A stretch of 63,187 nucleotides of DNA, filler included, from Nitrospinae bacterium RIFCSPLOWO2_12_FULL_45_22 (GTDB taxonomy: Bacteria; 2-12-FULL-45-22), in the NCBI GenBank assembly GCA_001803565.1. It is 9 parts of 9 records of this genome, joined end to end, with 100 filler letters (N's around TTAATTAATTAA, not from the genome) between each part and the next. Parts side by side here need not be neighbours in the genome. Positions count along the whole stretch, not along the records: positions 1 to 7,809 come from MHDQ01000232.1; positions 7,910 to 15,143 come from MHDQ01000233.1; 7 more parts are not named here. One strand, written 5' to 3'. Made by a program: the position numbers and the translations under genes. This document shows, piece by piece, positions 1 to 9,380 of this stretch; the stretch's first letter is position 1; each line of letters starts with the position of its first letter. Under the pieces are notes generated by a model. The model ran no database searches, was not told the origin of the DNA, and was given only the letters and a program-made list of their open reading frames with translations.

Positions 1-1
1 C

Positions 2-349
2 GCGGCCGCAAAGGAGTACCAGACCGCGGTGACCCGTGACCCGAAAGACTTTGCCGCTCAGCTTAACCTGGCCTGGAGTTATTATCAGCAGGGGCAATAT
101 CATCAGAGTGTCTCCTGGAACCAAAAGGCTATGACTATCCAGCCCGGTCATCCGGCTCCCCGGTACAATATGGCCCTGACTTATCTGCACAAAGGGGATT
201 ATGAAAAGGCCCTGGAAGAATACAAAAAAGCCTTGCAAACAGATAAGAATCTGGAGATAATAGAATATGCTATTGCCGCTTTAGGGAGCGAATTGAGTAA
301 GGAGCCGACGCTCAGGGGTGGTCATTTTGTCCTGGGTATCCTATTATGA
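2..349 (+). CDS. TPR-repeat protein, 5' partial; apparent frameshift near 344, natural C-terminus probably ends at 467
   Basis: Frame open from the window edge. TPR consensus (AQLNLAWSYYQQGQY, RYNMALTYLHKGDYEKALEEYKKAL). Shifted frame continues YEGKGKKEEARQQFEMHVQKNPDG...LTKK to TGA at 465-467. Confidence 0.75.
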   Translation, partial: AAAKEYQTAVTRDPKDFAAQLNLAWSYYQQGQYHQSVSWNQKAMTIQPGHPAPRYNMALTYLHKGDYEKALEEYKKALQTDKNLEIIEYAIAALGSELSKEPTLRGGHFVLGILL

Positions 350-484
350 GGGTAAAGGCAAAAAAGAAGAGGCCAGACAACAATTTGAAATGCATGTCCA
401 GAAAAACCCTGACGGGATATGGGAAAAAGAGGCCAGGGAACACCTTGCTGAATTGACCAAAAAATGATAAAAAGGAGGGGGTAG

Positions 485-1561
485 ATGGCCGAGATAGATG
501 CCTTTTTCAAGCTGATGCAGGATCAGGGTGCATCAGACTTGCACCTGATAGCGGGTTCGCAGCCGATATTACGAATCCGGGGTGATATGGAGCGGGTCAA
601 GTATAAAGAAATGGATAATGATGAGCTGAAGGCCATGCTCTATGAGATTACCCCACCTCATAAGGTCAAGCTCTTTGAAGAGACCGGGGATATAGATTTT
701 GCTTATGAGATACCAGGCTTGAGCCGCTACCGGGCTAATTTCTTTAACCAGAAAAATGGCATTGGGGCAGTATTTCGCTCGATACCCAGCGAGATCATGA
801 CGGCTGAGCAGTTGGGCTTACCCGCGGTGGTAAAGAGGTTTGCCATGTTAGAACGGGGTCTGATACTGGTTACCGGTCCGACTGGGAGCGGTAAGTCTAC
901 TACCCTGGCTGCTATGGTAGATCATGCCAACCGCAACCGGAAGCACCATATCCTGACCGTTGAAGACCCTATTGAATTCGTGCATAAGAGCATAGGTTGT
1001 ATCGTTAACCACCGCGAAGTCGGTACCCATACTAAATCCTTTGCCGCGGCATTACGGGGCGCTTTACGGGAAGACCCGGATATCATCCTGGTGGGTGAGA
1101 TGCGGGACCTGGAGACTATTGCCCTGGCCATAGAAGCAGCCACAACGGGACATCTGGTCTTTGGCACGTTGCATACCGCCAGTGCAGCCAAGACCGTTGA
1201 CCGGATCATAGATATTTTTCCGGCTGATCAGCAGGCCCAGATCCGTGCTACCTTAGCTGATGCCCTAAAAGCCGTAGTAGCACAGAATCTCTTTAAACGG
1301 ATAGATGTTAAGGGACGATGTGCAGCCCTGGAGGTTTTGGTAGGTACCCCGGCCGTGGCCAACCTTATCCGGGAAGGGAAGGCCTTCCAGATACCTTCTG
1401 CTATCCAGACCGGCGCTAAATTCGGTATGCAATCCCTGGATATAGCCATTATGAACCTCTTAGAGAAAAAATGGATCAGTCCTGAGGAGGCTTATGATAA
1501 GGCTATTGATAAGGCCAAATTCGTCTCCTTTCTGAAAAAGCCGCCAGATGATTTTGCCTAG
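485..1561 (+). CDS. pilT: Type IV pilus retraction ATPase PilT
   Basis: ASDLHL, Walker A GPTGSGKST, EDPIE Asp box, LREDPD/GEMRD, GHLVFGTLHT His box, AIRNLIRE-like AVANLIRE; RBS AGGAGG upstream. Confidence 0.93.
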   Translation: MAEIDAFFKLMQDQGASDLHLIAGSQPILRIRGDMERVKYKEMDNDELKAMLYEITPPHKVKLFEETGDIDFAYEIPGLSRYRANFFNQKNGIGAVFRSIPSEIMTAEQLGLPAVVKRFAMLERGLILVTGPTGSGKSTTLAAMVDHANRNRKHHILTVEDPIEFVHKSIGCIVNHREVGTHTKSFAAALRGALREDPDIILVGEMRDLETIALAIEAATTGHLVFGTLHTASAAKTVDRIIDIFPADQQAQIRATLADALKAVVAQNLFKRIDVKGRCAALEVLVGTPAVANLIREGKAFQIPSAIQTGAKFGMQSLDIAIMNLLEKKWISPEEAYDKAIDKAKFVSFLKKPPDDFA

Positions 1562-1575
1562 AAGGGGATGTTATT

Positions 1576-2757
1576 ATGAGGAAGACAGAGATAGATAATA
1601 TCCTGAGTACTATGCTGGAGACCCACGGTGGTGTTTCTGACCTCAACTTAACTGTGGGTAAGCCTTTACAAGTAGAGGCCTTTGGTCAGCTCACGCCGGT
1701 TCCGACCAATCCGCCGATAGAACAGCTCACCCCGTTCCAGACCGAGATATTTTCCCTTAACTTGATCGGCTCTGACCGAAGGAACACACAAAACCTTATC
1801 AATCAAGGCTCTTGCGACCTATCTTATTTCCTGCCGGATAAGGCCCGGTTCCGGGTAAATATCTTCTCCCAGCGCGGTTCTTATTCTATCGTATTAAGAA
1901 AGCTAGAGACCCGTATACCAACGCTAGAAGACCTTTTGTTACCCGAGGTACTGGCTAAGCTAGCAGAGGAAAAGAATGGCCTGATCCTGGTAACCGGCGC
2001 TACCGGGAGTGGAAAGTCCTCTACCCTGGCAGCCGTCCTCAACCTTATCAATGAGGCTAAAGCCGCCCATGTGGTAACCTTAGAAGACCCGGTAGAGTTT
2101 GTCCATTCCCATAAAAAGGCCACTTTTAATCAACGAGAGCTGGGGGGCGACTTTGATACCTTTGCTAATGGCTTACGGGCGGCCTTACGCCAGGCCCCTA
2201 AAGTCATCCTGGTGGGTGAGATACGGGATCGTGAGACAGTAGAGATCGGTATGAGCGCCGCAGAAACCGGCCACTTAGTCCTTAGCACCCTCCATACCGT
2301 AGATGCCGGTCAGAGTATAAATAGGTTGGTAGGTATGTTTGATTTAGAAGAAGAGAGATTAGCTCGCTCCCGCCTGGCCGATACTATCCGCTGGATCGTC
2401 TGCCAACGGCTATTACCTAAAGCGGGTGGTGGCCGGATAGCGGTCTTAGAGATAATGGGTACTAATCTGCGGGTGAAGGATTCTATTGTCCATGGCGAGT
2501 CAGAAGGGAAGACCTTCTATGAGATTATTGAGGCCAGTGTCCCTTATGGCTGGCGTACTTTTGACCAGTCTATTATTGAGCGCTACGAGGCAGGTCTGAT
2601 AACCGAAGAGACAGCCCTGGCCTATGCCTCCCGCAAGGATATCGTCGGTCGTGGAATTGACCGGCTCAAGGCCTCTAGAGGGGAAAAGACTACTACTATC
2701 GAGGGACTCGGTATGGATGCAGAGTATGGTAAAGAAGAAACCAGGAGAAAGAGATAA
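1576..2757 (+). CDS. PilT/PilU-family type IV pilus ATPase (second paralog)
   Basis: GATGSGKSS, EDPVE, LRQAP/GEIRD, GHLVLSTLHT; lacks the AIRNLIRE motif; directly follows pilT. Confidence 0.9.
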   Translation: MRKTEIDNILSTMLETHGGVSDLNLTVGKPLQVEAFGQLTPVPTNPPIEQLTPFQTEIFSLNLIGSDRRNTQNLINQGSCDLSYFLPDKARFRVNIFSQRGSYSIVLRKLETRIPTLEDLLLPEVLAKLAEEKNGLILVTGATGSGKSSTLAAVLNLINEAKAAHVVTLEDPVEFVHSHKKATFNQRELGGDFDTFANGLRAALRQAPKVILVGEIRDRETVEIGMSAAETGHLVLSTLHTVDAGQSINRLVGMFDLEEERLARSRLADTIRWIVCQRLLPKAGGGRIAVLEIMGTNLRVKDSIVHGESEGKTFYEIIEASVPYGWRTFDQSIIERYEAGLITEETALAYASRKDIVGRGIDRLKASRGEKTTTIEGLGMDAEYGKEETRRKR

Positions 2758-2762
2758 AGACT

Positions 2763-3404
2763 ATGGAGATTCAATGCACAGGTTGTAATAAACGGTTTAT
2801 TATCCCGGAAGAAAAAATCCCACAGAAAGATACCTTTCAGATACTCTGCCCCCAATGCCACAACCGTATCACGCTATCCCTCAAAGAAAGGGCAGCAGAG
2901 AGGGGCGAAGAAACCAAAGAGCAACCCCAGGAATTACCCATAGCGGCTGCATCAGCCGAGGAGATATATAGCGATGTGCCACTGGCTCTGGTCGGTGAAG
3001 ATAACCCCTCTCACCAGGCTATCATAAAAGAGGCTTTAGAATCTCTCGGCTATAAGGCTGTGCTGGTAAAAAACCCAGAAGAGGCCCTGGAGAGGATGAA
3101 ATTTGTCCAGTGTGAAGTAGTAGTCCTGAACGAGGAGCTTGGGGGAAGCTCTCCGTCTAACAATGCCTTCTTGACCCATCTGCAACATATGCCTATATCC
3201 AGCCGGAGAAACATATTCCTTACTTTGTGCGGTAAGAACTTTAAGACTATGGATAATTTCATGGCATTTGTGAATAGTGCAAACCTGGTGATAAATATAA
3301 ATGACCTGACGAGCCTAAAGAATATCCTGAAGAGGGCCATTGATGATGATAAGCAGTTCTACCGGGTCTTTAAAGATTGCCTGCGGGAGCTAGGCAAGCT
3401 ATAA
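2763..3404 (+). CDS. Zinc-ribbon (MJ0042-like) protein with degenerate receiver-like domain
   Basis: N-terminal CTGC...CPQC; C-terminal receiver-like pattern (LVGEDN, EEALERMK, VVVLNE) without the canonical phospho-Asp. Confidence 0.75.
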   Translation: MEIQCTGCNKRFIIPEEKIPQKDTFQILCPQCHNRITLSLKERAAERGEETKEQPQELPIAAASAEEIYSDVPLALVGEDNPSHQAIIKEALESLGYKAVLVKNPEEALERMKFVQCEVVVLNEELGGSSPSNNAFLTHLQHMPISSRRNIFLTLCGKNFKTMDNFMAFVNSANLVININDLTSLKNILKRAIDDDKQFYRVFKDCLRELGKL

Positions 3405-3445
3405 CCGTAAGGAGTGAGCAGTAAGCAGTAAAGAGTGAGCAATGA

Positions 3446-3538
3446 GGCATCCTTCATTTTGCCCAAAAAGTAGTTAACACTTTTAGTCATAAAATTATTT
3501 TTCTTTTGTCAAATTGTTAACTACTTTTGAAGGATGCC
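3446..3538. mobile_element. 93-bp MITE-like element with GGC-terminal inverted repeats and a near-perfect 8-bp target duplication
   Basis: Right end TGTTAACTACTTTTGAAGGATGCC is complementary to GGCATCCTTCA...AAAAGTAGTTAACA on the left; flanks AGCAATGA and AGCAAGGA match at 7/8. Confidence 0.55.
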
Positions 3539-3599
3539 AGCAAGGAAGAGTTTTTTTATCTGCTTGCTGCTCACTCCTCACTAATAAGGGGAAAAGGGG

Positions 3600-4805
3600 A
3601 TGCCGGCTTTTGTCTGGACGGGACGTCGTGGCACAACCGCAATGAATGGTGAGATAGAGGCCGTTAGCCTTGAGGCAGCCCGGGCCCGGTTACGTAGCCA
3701 ACGGGTCATTATCACTTCGCTCAAAAAAAAGCCCAAGCCGATCCAGATCAAGATACCGGGCATGGGTGGTAAGGTAGATCAGAAGGATGTAATAATCTTT
3801 ACCCGCCAATTCTCTACCATGATTGATGCTGGCTTGCCACTGGTGCAATGCCTGGATATCCTGGCTAAACAGGCTCAGAATAAGGTTTTTGCCGATGTGA
3901 TCTTTAAGGTAAAGACCGATGTTGAAGGTGGAGAAACCTTTGCCGATGCCTTACGCAAGCACCCAAAGATATTTGATCAGCTCTATGCCAATATGGTAGA
4001 GGCAGGGGAGGCCGGTGGTGTGCTGGACACTATCTTGCAGAGATTAGCGGCCTATATGGAAAAAGCTGCGGCTTTAAAAAAGCAGGTCAAGTCCGCTATG
4101 GTATATCCGGCATCTATCATGGGGGTAGCGATCTTGGTGGTAATATTTCTATTGATCTGGGTAATTCCCACTTTCGGGGGTATGTTTGCCGAATTTGGTG
4201 CTACCTTGCCTGCCCCTACCCGAATAGTGATGGCAGCCAGTGATTATGCCAAGGCCTATCTCTTATATGTAATAGTGGGTGTGGTTTTGATTGTTGTTGC
4301 ATTTAAGCGCTATTATGCTACCGGCAGGGGCCGCCGAAACGTAGATGCCTTCATGTTAAGAGCGCCAATCTTTGGCCCCTTGATCCAGAAGATAGCAGTA
4401 GCAAGATTCACCCGTACCTTAGGTACCCTGCTGAGTAGCGGTGTCTCGATTATCGATTCTCTGGGGATAACGTCCCGGGTGGCTGGGAACAAGATAGTAG
4501 AGCTGGCAGTACTGGCTATTATTAGCGCCGTAAAAGAAGGGAAGACTATTGCCGGCACCTTGACCAGGGAGAAGGTATTTCCCCCTATGGTAGTGCAGAT
4601 GATTGATGTAGGTGAGACCAGTGGTGCGCTGGACAAGATGCTGAATAAGATAGCAGATTTTTATGATGAAGAAGTAGATGCGGCAGTATCTGCCTTGACC
4701 TCCCTGCTGGAGCCTATGCTCATGGTCTTTTTAGGGGTGACCTTAGGTTTTGTAATAATAGCCATGTATATGCCGATCTTCACGTTAGCCGGAAGCATAG
4801 GCTAG
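3600..4805 (+). CDS. pilC: Type IV pilus platform protein PilC (GspF family)
   Basis: FTRQFSTMIDAGLPL, AGEAGGVLD, AMVYP, GETSGALD, EPMLM, AMYMPIF. Confidence 0.95.
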   Translation: MPAFVWTGRRGTTAMNGEIEAVSLEAARARLRSQRVIITSLKKKPKPIQIKIPGMGGKVDQKDVIIFTRQFSTMIDAGLPLVQCLDILAKQAQNKVFADVIFKVKTDVEGGETFADALRKHPKIFDQLYANMVEAGEAGGVLDTILQRLAAYMEKAAALKKQVKSAMVYPASIMGVAILVVIFLLIWVIPTFGGMFAEFGATLPAPTRIVMAASDYAKAYLLYVIVGVVLIVVAFKRYYATGRGRRNVDAFMLRAPIFGPLIQKIAVARFTRTLGTLLSSGVSIIDSLGITSRVAGNKIVELAVLAIISAVKEGKTIAGTLTREKVFPPMVVQMIDVGETSGALDKMLNKIADFYDEEVDAAVSALTSLLEPMLMVFLGVTLGFVIIAMYMPIFTLAGSIG

Positions 4806-4809
4806 AAAA

Positions 4810-6174
4810 ATGGCCCAGACTATCTACCATCAGGACAAAGACCTCCTATTCAAGATCAAGGTACTGCTTGCCTTCCGCGTGATCATTATTACTGTCTTTA
4901 TGGGGGGGGCATTCCTTGCCTCGCCGCGTATAGAGTTACACAACCCATCATTCCAGGGTATCATATCCCTCATTATCCTGACCTACCTCAGCACTATTGC
5001 CTATTCCCTGGCCTTAAAAAAGATCAGGAATCTTTACCTTTTTTCCTATCTGCAGATCCTGGGCGATTTATTGATCGAGACGGGTATAATATATTTTACT
5101 GGTGGTATTGAGAGTCCTTTTTCCTTTCTTTATACCCTTTCTATCATTGCAGCCAGCATAATAATCTATCGGCCAGGGGGGTATTTTATTGCCTCTATGG
5201 CGACTATACTTTATGGTCTCATAGCTAATCTCGAATTTTACCAGATTATTACGCCACTAGCCATCTCGCAGAGGGTAACAGGGATAATTTCGGCCGAGTA
5301 TTTCCTCTTCAAGATATTTTTAAATATCTCTGCCTTCTTCCTGATCGCCTTTCTGAGCGGGTATCTAGCACAAAGCCTTAAGCGGACCGGGCGGGAGCTG
5401 GTAGAGAAGAAAATTGATCTGATAGAGATGGAAGAGCAGGTCAGGCGTGCCGATAGATTGGCTGCTATAGGTAGGATTGCTGCCGGGATGGCGCATGAGA
5501 TCAGGAATCCCCTGGCCTCTATTAGCGGTTCTATCCAATTGCTAAAAGAAGAGATGTCCCCGGATGGCCCTTACCAGAAATTGATGGATATTGTCCTGAC
5601 CGAGACAGACCGCTTAGACCGGATAATAACAGATTTCCTTACCTATGCCCGGCCCGCACCCCCCCATCTCCAGCCCTGCAACATCAATAACCTCCTTAAA
5701 GAGACCATTGCCTTGATAATGAATAGCCCATACTATTTACCCCAGATAGCTATAGAACTATCTCTGGATAAAAAAGAGACTGAAATATTGATAGACCCTA
5801 ACCAGATAAGACAGGTCTTCTGGAACCTCTCTATTAATGCCTTACAGGCCATGCCGTCCGGGGGCAGTTTGAGGCTATCTACCAGGTGGCTAGAAAAACC
5901 CTGGAAAGATACTGATAAAAAATGGCACAAAAACCTTAATCTTCCCCTGGCCGAGATTATCATTGCTGACACTGGCATAGGCATCCCTAGCCAGGATAAG
6001 CCCCGGATATTTGAGCCATTTTTTACTACCAAAGATAATGGCAGTGGCTTAGGGCTGGCTATTGTCTATCGTATAATAGAGGAACATAGGGGTTATATAG
6101 AGGTGGATAGTAAAGAAGGGGAAGGGACCAGTTTCCATATATGGCTCCCCACCTATCCAGATAATAGTAAATAA
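4810..6174 (+). CDS. pilS: PilS-like membrane sensor histidine kinase
   Basis: Multi-TM N-terminus with FTGGIESPFSFLY; H box AHEIRNPL; N box QVFWNLSINA; DTGIG; FEPFFTTK; GSGLGL; lies between pilC and pilR. Confidence 0.85.
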   Translation: MAQTIYHQDKDLLFKIKVLLAFRVIIITVFMGGAFLASPRIELHNPSFQGIISLIILTYLSTIAYSLALKKIRNLYLFSYLQILGDLLIETGIIYFTGGIESPFSFLYTLSIIAASIIIYRPGGYFIASMATILYGLIANLEFYQIITPLAISQRVTGIISAEYFLFKIFLNISAFFLIAFLSGYLAQSLKRTGRELVEKKIDLIEMEEQVRRADRLAAIGRIAAGMAHEIRNPLASISGSIQLLKEEMSPDGPYQKLMDIVLTETDRLDRIITDFLTYARPAPPHLQPCNINNLLKETIALIMNSPYYLPQIAIELSLDKKETEILIDPNQIRQVFWNLSINALQAMPSGGSLRLSTRWLEKPWKDTDKKWHKNLNLPLAEIIIADTGIGIPSQDKPRIFEPFFTTKDNGSGLGLAIVYRIIEEHRGYIEVDSKEGEGTSFHIWLPTYPDNSK

Positions 6175-6187
6175 GCGGAGAGTAATA

Positions 6188-6604
6188 ATGCAAATTAAAC
6201 CACAGAGGCACGGAGACACAGAGAAACCAATTTATTATGATGAAGGATTGACTAGCAAAATTATAGCATGTGCGATAGAGGTTCATAGACATCTCGGGCC
6301 AGGATTGTTAGAGTCTACTTATGAAGAGTGTTTCTGTCATGAACTCAATATAAATGGAATATCTTTTGAAAGACAAAAGCCTTTGCCATTAGAGTATAAA
6401 GGGATAAAACTGGACTGTGGATATCGGATGGACATGGTGGTGGATAATAAAGTCGTCATAGAGCTTAAATGCGTTGATAAAATTACATCTGTGCATGAGG
6501 CTCAACTGTTAACTTATTTAAAGCTATCGAATATTAGAGTTGGTCTAATTATCAATTTTTACACGAGTGTATTGAAGGATGGGATTAGGAGACTCGTATT
6601 ATAA
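6188..6604 (+). CDS. GxxExxY protein (PD-(D/E)XK nuclease-like family)
   Basis: LGPGLLESTYEEC motif, YRMDMVV...IELK, HEAQLLTYLK, GLIINF. Confidence 0.93.
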   Translation: MQIKPQRHGDTEKPIYYDEGLTSKIIACAIEVHRHLGPGLLESTYEECFCHELNINGISFERQKPLPLEYKGIKLDCGYRMDMVVDNKVVIELKCVDKITSVHEAQLLTYLKLSNIRVGLIINFYTSVLKDGIRRLVL

Positions 6605-6631
6605 ACTCAGTGTCTCAGTGTCTCTGTGGTT
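6198..6631. repeat. 26-bp inverted repeats with 9-nt periodicity enclosing the GxxExxY gene
   Basis: 6198-6223 AACCACAGAGGCACGGAGACACAGAG matches the reverse complement of 6606-6631 at 23/26. Confidence 0.85.
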
Positions 6632-6701
6632 ATATTAGTCATAAATATGTCGGAAGAACTATTCTTTATGTCAGGTTATTTATTTCTTTTACTATAATCA
6701 T

Positions 6702-7809
6702 ATGGGTACGAGCTCAGCAAAGATATTGGTAATAGATGATGAGCGGAGTATGAGGAAGTTCCTGTCCATTCTCTTAACCAGGGAAGGGTATTTAGTGCGG
6801 GTAGCTGAGGGCGGCGAAAAGGCCCTGACTCTGTTAAGAAAAGAGAATTTTGACCTGGCTATTACCGATATAATTATGCCCGGGCTGGATGGACTTCAAC
6901 TCTTGAAAGAAATGACACAGCTAGACCCATCCCTCCCGGTAATCATGATTACTGCCTATGCTACTACCACCACGGCCTTAGAGGCCATGAAAATCGGGGC
7001 GTCAGATTATGTTACTAAACCCTTCAAGATAGAAGAAATCAAGGCTATTATAGCCCGGGCATTGGAGAAGAAAACCCTGGTAGAAGCCCCCTCTTCATTC
7101 GAGGCCACTTATCCTGCTTCTTCCTTCCCGGACTTTGAGATAGTGGGCCGCAGTGAGAATATATTAGAAGTATGCAAGCTTCTGGGTAAGGTAGCAGAGA
7201 AAGACGTCTCGGTATTGATAAGGGGAGAGAGTGGGACGGGGAAAGAGCTCATTGCCCGCCAGCTCCACTACAATTCCCTCCGGCGAAAGAACCCTTTTGT
7301 CCCGGTCAATTGTGCCGCCATTCCCAGGGAGCTATTAGAGAGCGAATTATTCGGCCATGAAAAAGGGGCCTTTACCGGGGCCCTAACTACTAAGATAGGT
7401 AAGTTTCAACTGGCCCATGGTGGGACTATATTTTTGGATGAGATAGGAGACCTAGACCTAACCCTCCAGGGAAAAATCCTGAGGGTGTTGCAGGAGAAGG
7501 AGATCGAGAGGGTTGGCGGCAACCAGACCATAAAAGTGGATGTCCGGGTTATTGCTGCTACAAATCAAGACCTGGAACAGGGTATCAAAGAAAAAAGGTT
7601 TCGCGAAGACCTCTTTTATCGGCTCAACGTGGTGCCTATATTTTTGCCACCCTTGCGGGAGAGGAAAGAAGACATACCCCTGCTGGTACAACACTTCTTA
7701 AAAAAATACCACGATAGCGCCAGAAAGGTTATTGGCATATCACCCGCAGCCCTCCAACTCTTGCAAGATTACAACTGGCCGGGTAATATCAGGGAATTAG
7801 AAAATGTCT
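6702..7809 (+). CDS. pilR: Sigma54-dependent response regulator (PilR/NtrC family), 3' truncated by gap
   Basis: Receiver domain (VIDDE, TDIIMP, KPF), [37 protein letters not shown]. Confidence 0.8.
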
Positions 7810-7909
7810 NNNNNNNNNNNNNNNNNNNNNNNNNNNNNNNNNNNNNNNNNNNNTTAATTAATTAANNNNNNNNNNNNNNNNNNNNNNNNNNNNNNNNNNN
7901 NNNNNNNNN
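7810..7909. other. Artificial contig linker (N run with TTAATTAATTAA); identical linkers at 15144-15243, 22282-22381, 29391-29490, 36968-37067, 42820-42919, 49586-49685, 57321-57420
   Basis: Identical 100-nt N spacer with a six-frame stop core, repeated eight times. Confidence 0.98.
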
Positions 7910-9151
7910 TTCCGCTAATTTCCTTACCTCATCCGCTACTACCGCAAAACCCCTCCCCTGTTCTCCCGCACGGGCCGCTTCAATAGCGGCATTCAAAGCC
8001 AACAGGTTAGTCTGGTCTGCTATATCATCAATCACGGCAATAATCTCACCGATCTGGTTGGAATTTGCCCCCAGGGTCTGGATAGTATAGCTGGATTTCT
8101 GTACTGCCTCAGCTATACGGTTCATACCATCAATAGTCAGGGTTACGATCTCTCCTCCTTTAGCTGCGGTCTCGGAGGTCTTTTTAGCCGATTCAGCGGC
8201 CTGGTTAGAGTTTTTTGCTACCTCCATTACCGTAGCGCTCATCTGCTCAACCGCAGTAGCTACCTGACTGGTCTGAGAAGAACTTTCTTGCGACCCATGT
8301 GCCATCTGTTCTGCCGACGCAGAGAGTTCTTCGGTAGCAGAAGCCAGCAGGTCGGCCGTCTGGGCAATCTTACCGATCATATCCCGTAGATTATTATTCA
8401 TGGTATTGAGCGAGGTACTGAGCTCGCCGGCCTCATCCTCAGAGTAGACCTCTAACCCTTCCTTAGTCAGGTCGCCACTGGCTACGGCCCTTGCCAGAGA
8501 GACATTTTTCTTTAACGGCTTAATTATTATAAGGCGTACTAATAGATGAATGATCCCACCGATTAGCAGAATTATCCCTACCGCTACCCCTATTAGTACT
8601 AGCGAATTAGATTTTACGGCCTTTTCTACCTCTACCATAGGGAGCGTTATACTGGTTGCCCCCAGGACATCCCCTAACTTTTTGCCGGGATGGCAATGGA
8701 GACAATCTTCCGTGGTAGCGCTATCTGGGGCCATCCAGCGGAATACCTTTCCTACGCCATTGCCCTCCACCCTAAAATACTCTGTTTTACCGCTTTCCAG
8801 GGCCTGAAGCCCCACCCCCTCAAAGTCATCCCTGGGAGCATTTTCTGGATTCAGGGGATCAGAGCTGGGCAGCCTTACACTATATATTCCTGATCTATTG
8901 GCTAACTTAGCCGTCTCGATAGTCATAATAGATGGTTCTATATCCAGATTCTTTTCTACGACGGCATTAGCCGCCCATTCCCGATCTACATGCAGTTGGG
9001 TGACAATTAATTTTGCCTTACTCTTTACCTGCTCCAGGATCTGGGCCTTTTGCATCTTGATAGAAAAGAACAAGATTACTCCCATAGAAATTAATAATAT
9101 TACTCCTACTACCAACATGAATTTCAGCTCTAACTTTAGCCTCTTCCACAT
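7910..9151 (-). CDS. Methyl-accepting chemotaxis protein with heme-c (DUF3365/Tll0287-like) sensor, 3' truncated by gap
   Basis: Two TM helices, periplasmic CLHCH and [12 protein letters not shown], signalling motif [38 protein letters not shown]. Confidence 0.9.
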
Positions 9152-9380
9152 AACACTAGCACCTCCCAGTATTCAGCTTAAGTTCCAATTAAGTTCCAAT
9201 GGGCAATATCTGGGTGAAATTACTGATGGCGGATAGGGCTTAAAGCCACAAAGAACAAGGAAATGAAAAAAGGCAATGACGCAATCAGGTTATTTATCAT
9301 TAACATGGTCTGGTTGGCTGGAAAGCTATACATGTTTCCCATTTTTTTCTCCTTCCTTCCCCAGCTTTACTTTTTCGAGG

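Noticed and set aside
2-9. NotI site GCGGCCGC at the window start suggesting vector
   Set aside because: It reads in frame as AAA within the TPR ORF, and no other vector sequence is visible.
7810-7909. Recurring TTAATTAATTAA palindrome and ORF tails ending ...LIN
   Set aside because: Artificial linker inside N spacers; not biological, and adjacency across it is meaningless.
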